Shown piece by piece: positions 1-11,599 of a stretch of DNA of 64,000 nucleotides; the stretch's first letter is position 1; the number at the start of each line of letters is the position of its first letter. Origin of the DNA: Octopus sinensis (lineage: Eukaryota); contig NC_042998.1 in the NCBI RefSeq assembly GCF_006345805.1, positions 192,572,001-192,636,000 on the forward strand, in the 5' to 3' direction. The notes beneath the pieces are model-generated. The model searched no databases. It worked only from the letters and a program-made list of their open reading frames with translations, and was not told where the DNA came from. The position numbers were made by a program, and so were the translations under genes.

Positions 1-326
1 TTGACTGGCTTCCGTGCTGTGGGCACGTAACAAACACCATCCAATCGTGGCCGTGCCAGCCTCACCTGGCCTCCGTGCCGGTGGCACGTAAAAAACACCA
101 TCCGAGCGTGGCCGTTCGCCAGCCTCGTCTGGCACCTGTGTCGGTGGCACATAAAAAGCACCCACTACACTCACGGAGTGGTTGGCATTAGGAAGGGCAT
201 TCAGCTGTAGAAACTCTGCCAGATCTGACTGGCCTGGTGCAGCCTTCGGGCTTCCCAGACCCCAGTTGAACCGTCCAACCCATGCTAGCATGGAAAGCGG
301 ACGTTAAATGATGATGATGATGATGA

Positions 327-329
<3 letters not shown>
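1..329 (+). mobile_element. (ATG)n-tailed retroposon 3' segment (family C), truncated by window edge
   Basis: Conserved block GGAAGGGCATCCAGCTGTAGAAAC...CATGCTAGCATGGAAAGCGGACGTTAAA then (ATG)n; about ten copies in the window; internal GTGCCGGTGGCAC modules. Confidence 0.8.
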
Positions 330-373
<44 letters not shown>

Positions 374-859
374 TGAGGTTGTGTGTGTGTGTAAACCCAC
401 ATAACTTCTGAAGTTCCCAACTGCTCTCCAAATTGGAAACATACATTACTTATGTTCCAGAGATGATTTTAGACTCTTAAAAGTTTTCACATAATGAGTA
501 GCAGGCCCCCTAGGAGCAGAAAACACCCTTTCCTGGGCTACATAGATCCGGGAGGTAATTCTTTATGAAATAACTTTCAGATATACATTGTCTCCCTTAC
601 ATCCAGTGTGATTAATCCACTGAATGCTTTTTCATCTTTTTAAAATATTGATAGTAATTAATGTTTTTATTGACAATTAATTCCTAACATAACAGTGTCA
701 TCTCAGTTCACTGTATGTATTTCTTAAAATTAGCTAAGATATTGATATGTACCTTTTTTTCTTGTCATTTCTTTACTAATGTACAATTGTCATCTCATTT
801 TATTACATATTTCTTGACACAATGTCTCCAAAGAGGAGAACCTTGATTGGTTGAAAAAT

Positions 860-1480
860 TATCACAATCTCAATTGTCTGTATGAAGAGCAATATCGACT
901 CCAAAAATCAGCACTGTAAGTAAAATTAATAAGCAGGTACTGCAGTACTTTCCTGAAAGTCCTCACATCTATAAGACAGTTGATACACTCCCAGATCCAG
1001 AAGAGGCAGTAAATTATCGAACAGAATTTCTCAATTCATTGGAGCCTCCAAGACTACTTCTCCACAGACTGAAACTCAAAGTGGGAACTCCAGGAATTTG
1101 GATCCACCAACACTCTGCAATGGGACACACTTAGTGGTAAAGAAGATGATGCCACATGTTCATGGGGTTACTATTCTCTCTGGATGTGAAAAAGGAGAGG
1201 ACATTTTCATATCCAGAATTCCTCTCATTCCATTGGGAACAGAAATTCCTTTTTTCATTCAGAAGAGTGCAATTTCCTATTCATATCAGCTTCGCAGTGT
1301 CTATCAATAAATCCCAGGGTCAAACACTCTCTGTGGTAGAACTTCACTTGGAAGATTCATGCTTCTCACACAAGCAATAAATGTTGAGTGCTCTACAGTG
1401 GGAGCAAAAAAAAAAAGAATCTATTTGTATTTGTTCCACATGGGAGAACAAAGAATATTGTTTACCAAGTGGTTTTGTAG
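860..1480 (+). pseudogene. Helitron Pif1-like helicase C-terminal remnant (frameshifted)
   Basis: Across frames: TEFLNSLEP..HRLKLKVGTP, DPPTLCNGTHLVVKK, GEDIFISRIPLIP, QFPIHISFAVSINKSQGQTL, CFSH, GRTKNIVYQVVL*; these match Helitron helicase motifs. Confidence 0.9.
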
Positions 1481-1600
1481 GAATTACTACATCCTACGAT
1501 GTGCTTCATTATCCACTGCTCTTTGCGAATGGTGAAGATGGATACCATTTTGGCTTAATACCAACAAACCCGAAGACTGCACCAACAAAGCAGTTCCCTG
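1481..1600 (+). pseudogene. Helitron Rep-region fragment
   Basis: SYDVLHYPLLFANGEDGYH resembles the YDPLQYPLLFPxGExGWH motif that lies N-terminal in RepHel proteins. Confidence 0.7.
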
Positions 1601-1684
1601 CATAGACCTCAGTATCAAAGCATATTCTCCAATTACTTCCACCAACCACGCAGTAAGCCATTACGCCTCATTTTTTGAAGTATT

Positions 1685-2114
1685 GGATCTTTTCGGTTTG
1701 AACGGCAGTTTTTTCTAGCGGTGTCATATGAAATTGTCACCCTTAATTATGACCCTAGTATCGATCTATTGCATTTCAATCTGTTTTAGGGTTACGGTTA
1801 GTTAGGGTTAGGGGTGGGGGGAAGGGTATCTTTTTTTTCTTCACAAATGTAAATAAACCTAATCTGTTTCTTAAACGAGGGACATATTCATACGGCACAG
1901 AATGCTTTTTTACCTCAATAGACGTCAGTGATTGGTTGAAATTGCAGAAATTGAAGAAAAACAACAACAAATATCTTACAAACTATAGAATTTTCTTAAT
2001 AAAGCCAACAGAAAAAGATGTTTTATAAACACATTCTACCAGTATACGAAGATTAAAAGTGTTTAGTTACCTAGAAATTATTTTTAAAAACTGTCGTTCA
2101 AACCGAAAAGATCC
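1685..2114. mobile_element. GGATC-terminal MITE (Merlin-like), 430 bp
   Basis: TIR GGATCTTTTCGGTTTGAACG(G/A)CAGTTTT; perfect 8-bp TSD GAAGTATT; internal TTAGGG repeats. Confidence 0.9.
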
Positions 2115-2620
2115 GAAGTATTTCATTGCTGCATATTCTCATGTGACTGCATAGATTCAGTTTAAATTTCTTAATCTACAGCCACACCAGCAATCCAATG
2201 TCAACCCTCCACCTTCTGCATCATTTCAACAGTTCACTTTCCCGTTGCCGTCTCCCATTGCAGCCCCTTTCTGGAATGTACCCATTTACATACAGTATCT
2301 CCATTACATCTACATTCATTCGACTGTCAACTATACAACGGGTCGTGTTAGACACAGTGCCGATCTCCACAAAAGAGAGTATATTCACTGACAGCTTTTC
2401 AGTGCGTTAAAAAATCACATATTCTCCCCACTCCCCATCAATTTTCCATCACAGATTAGGGTCTGGAATCTGGTACTACTTAAGAAAAGTGGTCCCGGTG
2501 TGCGCACTCGCGTAGTCGCGCTAGCTAGTCGTGACTAGTCGATCCTTACTTTGTGTTTTTGTATTTTATTTACTTTGTTTAGAAAAATTATTTACTTTGT
2601 GTAAAAAAATATTTATTTTG

Positions 2621-2872
2621 CAGCGTGGAAGGTGTTTATAAACCATTTAAGAAACACACAAAAACCGTTAGATTCACTTCAACATTTGTCAGTGAACAGG
2701 TCGCAGTCTCTAAGTGACGAAAATATTTTGACAAATTAAATTTAAATGTTGAAGTGAATCTAACGGTTTTTGTGTGTTTCTTAAATGGCTTATAAACACC
2801 TTCCACACTGCAATTGTTTTCGTTCCAGCACACGATCTCAGATCAAGCCACTTGCTATGCAAGTACATTTCT
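2621..2872 (+). mobile_element. Penelope-like terminal fragment with inverted segment, nested in MITE
   Basis: Absent from the sister MITE; flanked by duplicated GTAAAA..TATTTATTTTG; 69-bp inverted arms 2619-2687 and 2744-2812; hammerhead fold in the spacer. The Penelope assignment is inference. Confidence 0.55.
2685..2735 (+). ncRNA. Minimal type-I hammerhead ribozyme-like fold, G3-C8 core variant
   Basis: Helix I TTTGTCA/TGACAAA; core GTGAACA; extra G; helix II GTCGC/GTGAC; GAA; palindromic helix III AATATT; H17=U. Confidence 0.65.
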
Positions 2873-3111
2873 GTAAAATATTTATTTTGTATTTTATTTA
2901 TTTTGCTAGGTAGTCGTTGTAGGATCGACTAGTCACGACTAGCTAGCGCGGATGCGCGACTACGCGAGTGCACGCACCGGGACCACTTTTCTTAAGTAGT
3001 ACTCTGGAATCCACCAAACGGACATGTCCCTTAGTTGAATCAGCCCATCATTTACTCCACAAATATCTTATCGTCAATGCTGCGCTTTCCCGTATCACAT
3101 ATTTCAACATA

Positions 3112-3451
3112 AAGGGGTAAAGACCCCCTTCGGTCATGAATGACCATGGGATAGCACCTAGAAAGTTACCCTCCTAGACACAAGTCCGGGCAAGGTTGTT
3201 TATGGAAGACCAGCAGTCGCCCATGCATACCGGCCTCCCCTCTCCGCGCCACCAGTGTTATCCAAGGGAAAGACAAAGGTCGATACAGCTTGGCACCAGT
3301 GACGTCGCAACTCATTTCTACAGCTGAGTGAACTGGAACAACGTGAAATAAAGTGCCTTGCTCAAGAACACAACACCCAGCCCGGTCCGGGATTCGAGCT
3401 CACAACCTCACGATCGTAAGCTCGACGCTCTAACCACTGAGCCATGCGCCT
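3112..3451 (-). mobile_element. tRNA-headed SINE (family D) with CORE-like body
   Basis: Minus strand: A box TGGCTCAGTGG, B-box-like AGCTCGAATCCC, body GTTCTTGAGCAAGGCACTTT..CACTCAGCTG, terminal GGTCAT/ATGACC stem; tail fragment also near 53481. Confidence 0.8.
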
Positions 3452-3889
3452 TACTGTAATATATATATATACGAACTATGCCTTAATCCCGAGCAATTAT
3501 TCGTTGACCTTTTTTTTTTTTCCTGTATATAAAAACCTATGTTTATTGATGAAGTAGTTTCATGTTGTGATTGATTAGCTGAACAGATCTAATAAGATCA
3601 CAATCTCCGCTAACAAAGATATTTTCCTTTCAGCACAAAAATTTGACTTAAAACTGGTTCTTAATTTAAGGACATTTTTCGTTTCTTTTCGAGTTACTAA
3701 CGAATGCCGCTAGTTTTTCCTTTTCTCTGTCTATAACTAAGAGAAACATATCAATTCATTAAGAATTCTTTGTGTACGTCATTCAAAACTGTAACATAAA
3801 TGACTTTCGTTAAATCCATGCCACTAACTTGAGTTACAATAATCCTAATCAGAAAAACATGTCCATCGATGATCCTATATGTTTTACAG

Positions 3890-4611
3890 GGATCTTTTCG
3901 GTTTGAACGGCAGTTTTTAAAATAATTTCCACAGGCGCAGGAGTGGCTGTGTGGTAAGTAGCTTGCTAACCAACCACATGGTTCCGGGTTCAGTCCCACT
4001 GCGTGGCACCTTGGGCAAGTGTCTTCTGCTATAGCCCCGGGCCGACCAAAGCCTTGTGAGTGGATTTGGTAGACGGAAACTGAAAGAAGCCTGTCGTATA
4101 TATGTATATATATATATATATATGAATGTGTGTGTTTGTGTGTCTGTGTTTGTCCCCCTAGCATTGCTCGACTAAAGGCGGTGCTCCAGCATGGCCGCAG
4201 TCAAATGACTGAAACAAGTAAAGGAGTAACTAAAAAATTTTAAACTTCGTATACTGGTAGAATGTGTTTATAAAACATCTTTTTCTCTTGGCTTTATTAA
4301 GAAAATTCTATAGTTTGTAAGATATTTGTTGTTGTTTTTTTCTTCAATTTCTGCAATTTCAACCAATCAATGACGTCTATTGAGGTAATAAAAAATTCTG
4401 TTCCGTATGAATATATCCCTCGTTTAAGAAACAGATTGCGTTTATTTACATTTCTGAAGAAAAAAAGATACCCTTCCCCCCACCCCTAACCCTAACTAAC
4501 CCTAACCCTAAAACATTGAAATGCAATAGATCGATACTAGGGTCATAATTATGGGTGACAATTTCATATGACACCGCTAGAAAAAAACTGCCGTTCAAAC
4601 CGAAAAGATCC
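3890..4611. mobile_element. GGATC MITE interrupted by a SINE
   Basis: Both TIRs present; SINE at 3933-4226 inserted near the left end; no 8-bp TSD, but a ~53-bp flanking duplication. Confidence 0.85.
3933..4226 (+). mobile_element. tRNA-headed SINE family A (internally deleted)
   Basis: Head AGGCGCAGGAGTGGCTGTGTGG..GGTTCAGTCCC; ~100-bp deletion at TTGC microhomology; tail CAGTCAAATGACTGAAAC. Confidence 0.9.
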
Positions 4612-5171
4612 CAATATTCCTAATCAGAAAAACATGGACTAACAAAAAAATCATGTCCATCGATGATTTTATATGTTTTAATGTTATGTTTTATTTTTAT
4701 TAGTCTAGTATATGTACTTCTTATATACTCTCCGGCTCCGTTCTGTAACGACTGGTATTAAAACTGCTGAAATTATGATCTGCCCACCTGTCAACAGCTG
4801 GAGTTGGAAATGCCTTGCAGTGTTATTACTGTTTAGACAGCAAATACATAGATCCAAATATACGTAGCATTAAAAATAAAAGCAATAGAGACTAGACAAC
4901 CATCTGGTGGCTGTATGGTCGATAAAACATTTTTAGATGTTTTCTGATTAATGATGACGGTGTTTGTGAATGTAAGACCTCAAGTGAACTAAGTTTACTA
5001 CACGGTACGAAATCCCACTCTGAATATTGTTTGTTTTTCTTATTTCATTAATGATCTTCTCAAAGCTATTTGGGTGCTACTGTGCATCACAGAACCCGTA
5101 ATTCGTTTTACTTTGTGGGTAGCGTATCTATTAATTATCTACAACGAGTGTTAAAAATATAGTAAAATAAC

Positions 5172-5593
5172 GGATCTTTTCGGTTTGAAAGGTAGTTTTT
5201 AACATAATTTCTAGGTAACTAAAAAATTTTAAACTTCGTATACTGGTAGAATGTGTTTATAAAACATCTTTTTCTCTTGGCTTTCTTCAGAAAATTCTAT
5301 AGTTTGTAAGATATTTGTTGTTTTTTTTTCTTCAATTTCTGCAATTTCAACCAATCACTGACGTCTATTGAGGTAAAAAAAAAACATTCTGTGCCGCATG
5401 AATATGTCCCTCGTTTAAGAAATAGATTGGGTTTATTTACATTTGTGAAGAAAAAAAGATGCCCTTCCCCCCATCCCTAACCCTAGCCCTAAAACAGATT
5501 GAAATGCAATAGATCGATGCTAAGGTCATAATTATGGGTGACAATTTCATGTGATACCGCTAGAAAAAACTGCCGTTCAAAACGAAAAGATCC
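5172..5593. mobile_element. GGATC MITE
   Basis: TIRs present; perfect 8-bp TSD AAAATAAC. Confidence 0.9.
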
Positions 5594-6275
5594 AAAATAA
5601 CTTTGAAGGTGAAAATTAAATTAAAAATATAAACTGTGTATATCAACGCAGAATAAATATAACAGACATAAGTTGGTGTAAATTAATCTTACGTTTGCTA
5701 ATTGTCTTGTATTTACGAAACTTATCCTGTTTGATGATTCTTCGATTCTGCATTGATATTGTGAAGATGCCCTAATAACTCGTATTGGAATCTTTTCCAA
5801 AACAGATTTTAAAATTTTATTTGTACCACCCTAACATATTTCTGCTTTCTGTCAGAAGTTGTGACTGGCAAATAATGTTGGCAATTTGAAAAACCAATGG
5901 AAACATTACTTGGTGAGGTGATTCTGTTGAAACTGATTCCGTGTGATTTTAAGGCCTGTTTAGCTGTTATTTTTAAGCACAACTCATAGGGCATGTGTTT
6001 TAAGCATTTAATAAATGACACAAAAAAAAAAAAAGAACACCTGGTAAGCAGCTTGGCTTATTACTATGGAAACAGGCACTGATATGTGTGTGGTTTTCGA
6101 TTGACTAAAATTAAAAGTTATTAATTTTTTATTTATTGGTTTATGGCGAAAATGAATTTTATGTCAGTGCTTACTTTACAAAACTGCACCAATACACCAA
6201 ATATGAATCAATTGGAACAGAAATTGAAGAAATTGAAAAGTAGCAGCCAAACAGAAAATATCCTAAATCAGTTAT

Positions 6276-6639
6276 TCTTTTACTTGTTTCAGTCATTTGA
6301 CTGAGGCCACGCTGGATCATCGCCTTGAAGTGCTTTAGTGGAACAAACTGACACCAGGACTTACTTTAGTACTTATTCTATCGGTTTCTTTTGTCGATCC
6401 GCTAAGTTATGGGGATGGTACCAGACACCAGTTGTCAAGCTATGATGGAGGGACACACACATAGATATACATACATACGACAAGCTTCTATCAGTTTCCG
6501 CCTACCAAATCCACTCATAAAGCTTTGGCCGGCTTGAGGCTATGGTAGAAGACACTTGCCCAAGGTGCTACGCAGTGGGACTGAACTTGGAATCATGTGG
6601 TTGGGAGACAAGCTTCTTACCATACACCCACCCACGCCT
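6276..6639 (-). mobile_element. SINE family A, diverged copy
   Basis: Reverse-complement similarity to family A head, body and tail. Confidence 0.8.
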
Positions 6640-6985
6640 AAGCCTATCAGTTATTAACCGATCGTACATGACATTTTTTTCATTCAACTTCTTCAGCAAC
6701 GTAAGACAATAAAACAAAGTCATTTATTGACAATAAAAGACATTCAAATAGGAAACAGCTAACATAGCATCGTGACGTTTCATGTGTGTTCAGTATTTTT
6801 AATGTTGATGATTAAAACGAATATCCCAGCTGACGCCACGAAGAAACCCAGCCACCTGGTCTTCTTCCGTCGAGTAGGTTCTTTTCGTCAATGGATTCAT
6901 ATCTGTTTTTCAATGAAGCATTACAAGGCAATTTTTTAAAATTGTTCCCATCATAGAAAGTAGGCCAGCCCACAGTTGTTTTCAG

Positions 6986-7055
6986 AGCATCAAGACTGAT
7001 GTGTGAGACGAAGATAAGTTATCCTGATGCTAGAGACTTTGCTGAAATTATCCAA
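6986..7055 (+). CDS. Candidate early exon of host gene (MCETKISYPDARDFAEIIQ from ATG 6999)
   Basis: TTGTTTTCAG acceptor, CAA|GTAACA donor, upstream CGA|GTAGGT donor at 6873; no recognisable homology. Confidence 0.3.
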
Positions 7056-7095
7056 GTAACAAGTGGTAATGTTAAACTAAACGAAAGATTAAGTT

Positions 7096-7734
7096 GAATC
7101 TTTTCCTTTTGAACGGCAGTTTTCAACACAATTTCTAGTTAACTACACACTTTTAAACTTCGTATACTGGTAGAATGTGTCAAAATAAAACTTTTTTTTC
7201 TCTTGGCTTTCTTGAGAAAATTGTAATTTTAAGTTTAACGTAGTTTAATTTTTCGAATTTTAACCAATCAATGGCCTCTATTGAGCTAAACTCATTTGCT
7301 GCGTCTAAAACTGAGACAACATCCTATCACTAACCCTAACCCTAAATTTTAGCCTTTCGTTTTTTTCTTAATTGTTATCCTTAAATTAATTTAACAATTA
7401 AGAAAAAAACGAAAGCAAAAGCTCAAAACAAAAACAAAACGAATAATTTTAGACACACGCGTAACAATTAAATTAATTTAACAATTAAGAAAAAAACGAA
7501 AGGCTATAATTTAGGGTTAGGGCTAGTGACAGGATATTGTCTCAGTTTTAGACGCAGCAAATGATTTTAGCTCAATAGAGGCCATCGATTGGTTAAAATT
7601 CGAAAAATTAAACTACGTTAAACTTACAAATTACAATTTTCTCAAGAAAGCCAAAAGTACCAGTATACGAAGTTTAAAAGTGTTTAGTTAACTAGAAATT
7701 GTGTTGAAAACTGCCGTTCAAAAGGAAAAGATCC
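7096..7734. mobile_element. Palindromic long-arm GGATC MITE subfamily
   Basis: Arms of roughly 290 bp are inverted copies of one end; perfect TSD ATTAAGTT; CCCTAA/TTAGGG repeats in both arms. Confidence 0.9.
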
Positions 7735-7841
7735 ATTAAGTTTACCACGCATAAATAGGCAACCGTCCCTCATAATCAAAAAGTGATTGATTTTTCAAAT
7801 GAAATAGAAAAGCTGTTACAGATTTAAATATATCCCGCGTT

Positions 7842-8473
7842 GGATCTTTATCTTTTGACCTACAGATTTTAAGAATAATTTTTTGTAACTAAACACTTTC
7901 AAACTTCGGACACTGGTAGAATGTGTCATATAAAACATCTTTTACTCTTAGCATTTTTGAGAAAAACTTATATTTACGAAGTTATTTCACGTTAAAGTTG
8001 TCTTATTTCGGTAATTTCAACAAATCAATGACGTGTATTCAGCTGAATAAAATTACTGTCGTTGTTTGTCATCAAGAACTTCCGACGGTGTATATTTCGT
8101 TTGTCACTGTTATTTATGACAACCCTAAAACCTTAACCCTAAAACCCTAACCCTAAAACCTTAAAGCTAAAACCAGTACAAACGCACGAACGATGTCATG
8201 AATAACAGTGGCAAACGAAAAATACACCGCCGATAGTTCTTGTTGACAAACAACGGCAGTAATTTTATTCAGCTGAATACACGTCATTGATTGGTTGAAA
8301 TTATCGAAACAGGACTACTTTAACGTGAAATTACTTCGTAAATATAAGTTTTTCTCAAAAATGCTAAGAGTAAAAGATGTTTTATACGACACATTCTATC
8401 AGTGTCCGAAGTTTGAAAGTGTTTAGTTACAAAAAATTATTTTTTAAATCTGTCGGTCAAAAGGTAAAGATAC
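7842..8473. mobile_element. Palindromic GGATC MITE, third subfamily
   Basis: TIR GGATCTTTATCTTTTGACC; TSD CCCGCGT(T/C); long inverted arms; central (A)CCCTAA(A) repeats near 8120-8172. Confidence 0.85.
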
Positions 8474-8808
8474 CCCGCGTCATCAGTCGTGAAATTAATA
8501 AAGAATAGAAAAATACTGTAATAGCAACGAAGAGCTCTTGGCACTTACTTAAAGACATTAAAAAAAGAGACTAATTCTATTCTTAATGAACCAATTATAA
8601 GTAGCAAAGTTTCGAATGATTAATGTCCAACGGTATCAAAGAAACATTAAGTGATTAATAAATTAAAAATAAAAAGAAAACGTTAGAGTACTTGATTATT
8701 TAGTATTTATTATTTGATTAGATATATAAAAAAAAATTGATGTTTAATCTAAAGTCGGCTTTGAGTAGGTAGACCTATTAAGAAAGGCGTTGAAACTATG
8801 AACATACC

Positions 8809-9164
8809 TATTTCTTTACTACCCACAAGGGGCTAAACATAGAGGGGACAAACAAGGATAGACATAGGTATTAAGTCGATTACATCGACCCCAGTGCGTA
8901 ACTGGTACTTATTTTATCGACCCTGAAAGGATGAAAGACAAAGTTGACCTCGGTGGAATTTGAACTCAGAACGTAGCAGCAGACGAAATACCTATTTCTT
9001 TACTACCCACAAGGGGCTAAACACAGAGAGGACAAACAAGGATAGACATAGGTATTAAGTCGATTACATCGACACCAGTGCGTAACTGGTACTTAATTTA
9101 TCGACCCCGAAAGGATGAAAGGCAAAGTCGACCTCGGCGGGATTTGAACTCACAACGTAACGGC
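8809..9164 (-). mobile_element. SINE family B, headless two-unit multimer
   Basis: Two ~183-bp body units; 11-bp TSD ATGAACATACC at 8798-8808 and 9165-9175. Confidence 0.85.
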
Positions 9165-9516
9165 ATGAACATACCGTCTTTCTAAGACAATGTGTCTAGA
9201 CCCACATAATCTAATATGTTCTTACATATTTTAAAATAGTAAAGTGTGATATGGCTGTTGTTTCTAGCAGATGACGCGATCACGTAGGGTCTAGCTGACT
9301 CCTTTTAGGTTTTGCTTTGTTAACATAAGAGAATAATTCTTCCTTGTAAATATATAAAATCGAGAAGCAAGTGTCTTCGTATTCAAAGAACGAAAGTATT
9401 CGATAAAGAAAGTGAATGCCTGGTGGTGTGTTGTTATAGTAAATACAAGGCCTTTTCTGTATGTAAATACAAAGATTGCCAGAAGTTTTTTATGTCCTCG
9501 TTAAGAACCCACTATT

Positions 9517-9926
9517 GGATCTTTTCGGTTTGAACGACAGTTTTAAACATAATTTCTAGGTAACTAAAAAATTTTAAACTTCGTATACTGGTAGAATGTG
9601 GTTTATAAAACATTTTTTTCTCTTGGCTTTATTGAGAAAATTCTATAGTTTGTGAGATATTTGTTGTTGTTTTTTCTTCAATTTCTGCAATTTCAACCAA
9701 TCAATGACGTCTATTGAAGTAAAAAACATTCTGTGCCGTATGAATATGTCCCTCGTTTAAGAAACAGATTGGGTTTATTTACATTTGTGAAGAAAAAAGA
9801 TACCCACCCCTAACCCTAACTTTAAAACCGATTGAAATGCAATAGATCGATACTAGGGTCATAATTATGGGTGACAATTTCATATGACACCGCTAGAAAA
9901 ATCTGCCGTTCAAACCGAAAAGATCC
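9517..9926. mobile_element. GGATC MITE
   Basis: TIRs present; imperfect TSD CCCACTA. Confidence 0.9.
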
Positions 9927-10136
9927 CCCACTAGATTTATATGCGTAGATATTCAAAGGCTTCTAGGCTCTCCATAAAGTGATACAACCTATACGTACAA
10001 AGATGTCAATGTGTTTAAGTTCATTCTAAAGACACACCATGATTACGAAGACCTGGGATGATTTTTCTTACTCAGAAACGGTGGTGGGTTAATTGGCCGA
10101 AGCGCTTTGAGGACTTGGAGCATACTTGAAAAGTCG

Positions 10137-10807
10137 GGTACTATTTAAGAAGAGAGGTTCCGGTGCGCGCACTGGGGACTCACCCATCTGCGCTAGCTAG
10201 GCGTGACTAGTCGATCCTTACTTTGTGTTTTTGTGTTTTATTTACTTTGTTTAACAAAAATTATTCGATCTTTTCGATTTGAACGGCAGTTTTTTCTAGC
10301 GGTGTCATGAAATTGTCACCCATAATTATTACCCTAGTATCGATCTATTGCATTTCAATCTGTTTTAGGGTTAGGGTTGGTTAGGGGTGGGGGAAGGGTA
10401 TCTTTTTTTCTTCACAAATGTAAATAAACCCAATCTGTTTCTTAAACGAGGGACATATTCATACGGCACAGAATGTTTTTTTTACCTCAATAGACGATCA
10501 TTGATTGGTTGAAATTGCAGAAATTGAAGATAAAAAAACAACAAATATCTTACAAACTATAGAATTTTCTCAAGAAAGCCAAGAGAAAAAGATGTTTTAT
10601 AAACACATTCTACCAGTATACGAAGTTCAAAAGTGTTTAGTTACGTGGAAATTATATTAAAAAACTGCCGTTCAAACCGAAAAGATCCAAATTATTTACT
10701 TTGTGTAAAAAAAATATTTATTTTTTTTATTTACTTTGCTAGGATCGACTAGTCACGACTAGCTAGCGCGAGTTCGCGCACCAGGACCACTCTTCTTAAA
10801 TAGTACC
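10137..10807. mobile_element. GGTAC MITE with nested GGATC MITE
   Basis: TIR GGTACTATTTAAGAAGAG; TSD AAAAGT(C/T)G. Confidence 0.85.
10266..10688. mobile_element. GGATC MITE (nested)
   Basis: TIRs present; perfect TSD AAATTATT; G-rich TTAGGG tract at 10365-10398. Confidence 0.9.
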
Positions 10808-11392
10808 AAAAGTTGGTATAAAGGTCACTGACATCGTGAAGGAAAAAATTACTATTCTGTTGATATACCAACCTATGTACATTAAAGACAGTTGTTTTAC
10901 CGCCTACGGGTAAGTTTATTTATTAGTGTGTGTATATATTTATATGGGTGTATATATTGTTTGCTTTTTACGTCGTGTTACAATACAATTTTATATTAAA
11001 CTGAAGAATTACTCAATACTTTTCGTAGAGTATATATATATTATTCTTTAGTAAGAAGAGAGTTAACTATGGCATCGAAGTTTCGGCCTGCTTAGCCTTC
11101 ATCACACTGCTGGACATTTAAGTTTCCTCATGGATTTATACAGTCTCTGGGCCAAAACTTCGAAGTCACTGTTAACACCACTCATATTAAAGAACTAATA
11201 TTGCACTGCATTTTTTTTTTTTTGCCTTGAACAAGACAATTCTGAAAAGATAAATATACATCACTGTTAAATGTTATTGTTCAGCTGAGGATAATAATAT
11301 CAATTTTCTTTTCTTTTTTTTATTTCGAATATTATCATTAACTGTGTTATGGATTTGTCAATGTGTGAAAAAGAAATGAAGACAACAAATAT

Positions 11393-11558
11393 TATCTATC
11401 TATGTCTGTTTATCTATCTATCTATCTATATCTATATATCCTTCTATCTATCTCTGTCTATCTATATCTATATATCTTTCTATCTATCTATATCTATATA
11501 TCTTTCTATCTATCTCTATCTATATATCTTTCTATCTATCTATGTCTGTTTATCTCTG

Positions 11559-11599
<41 letters not shown>

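Larger units (their letters stand above)
2472..3003. mobile_element. GGTAC-terminal MITE with internal insertion
   Basis: Long TIR GGTACTACTTAAGAAAAGTGGTCCCGGTG...; flanks CTGGAATC(T/C) duplicated; sister copy at 10137-10807. Confidence 0.85.

Noticed and set aside
1-170. CRISPR-like pattern of palindromic repeats with spacers (also in 32905-34574)
   Set aside because: The spacers are homologous to one another, the modules belong to a dispersed eukaryotic retroposon, and there are no cas genes.
1786-1826. TTAGGG tracts as true telomere or chromosome-fusion remnants
   Set aside because: Only 2-4 units, always at the same position inside MITEs.
3370-3451. tRNA-like sequences (also heads at 12490, 15937, 36341 and all family A copies)
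   Set aside because: A and B boxes run directly into repeat bodies without a complete cloverleaf or terminator; these are SINE heads, not tRNA genes.
5856-5912. Exon-like segment with a strong acceptor and GTGAGG donor
   Set aside because: All three frames contain stops, and the overlapping minus-strand 70-aa ORF is unrecognised; insufficient support.
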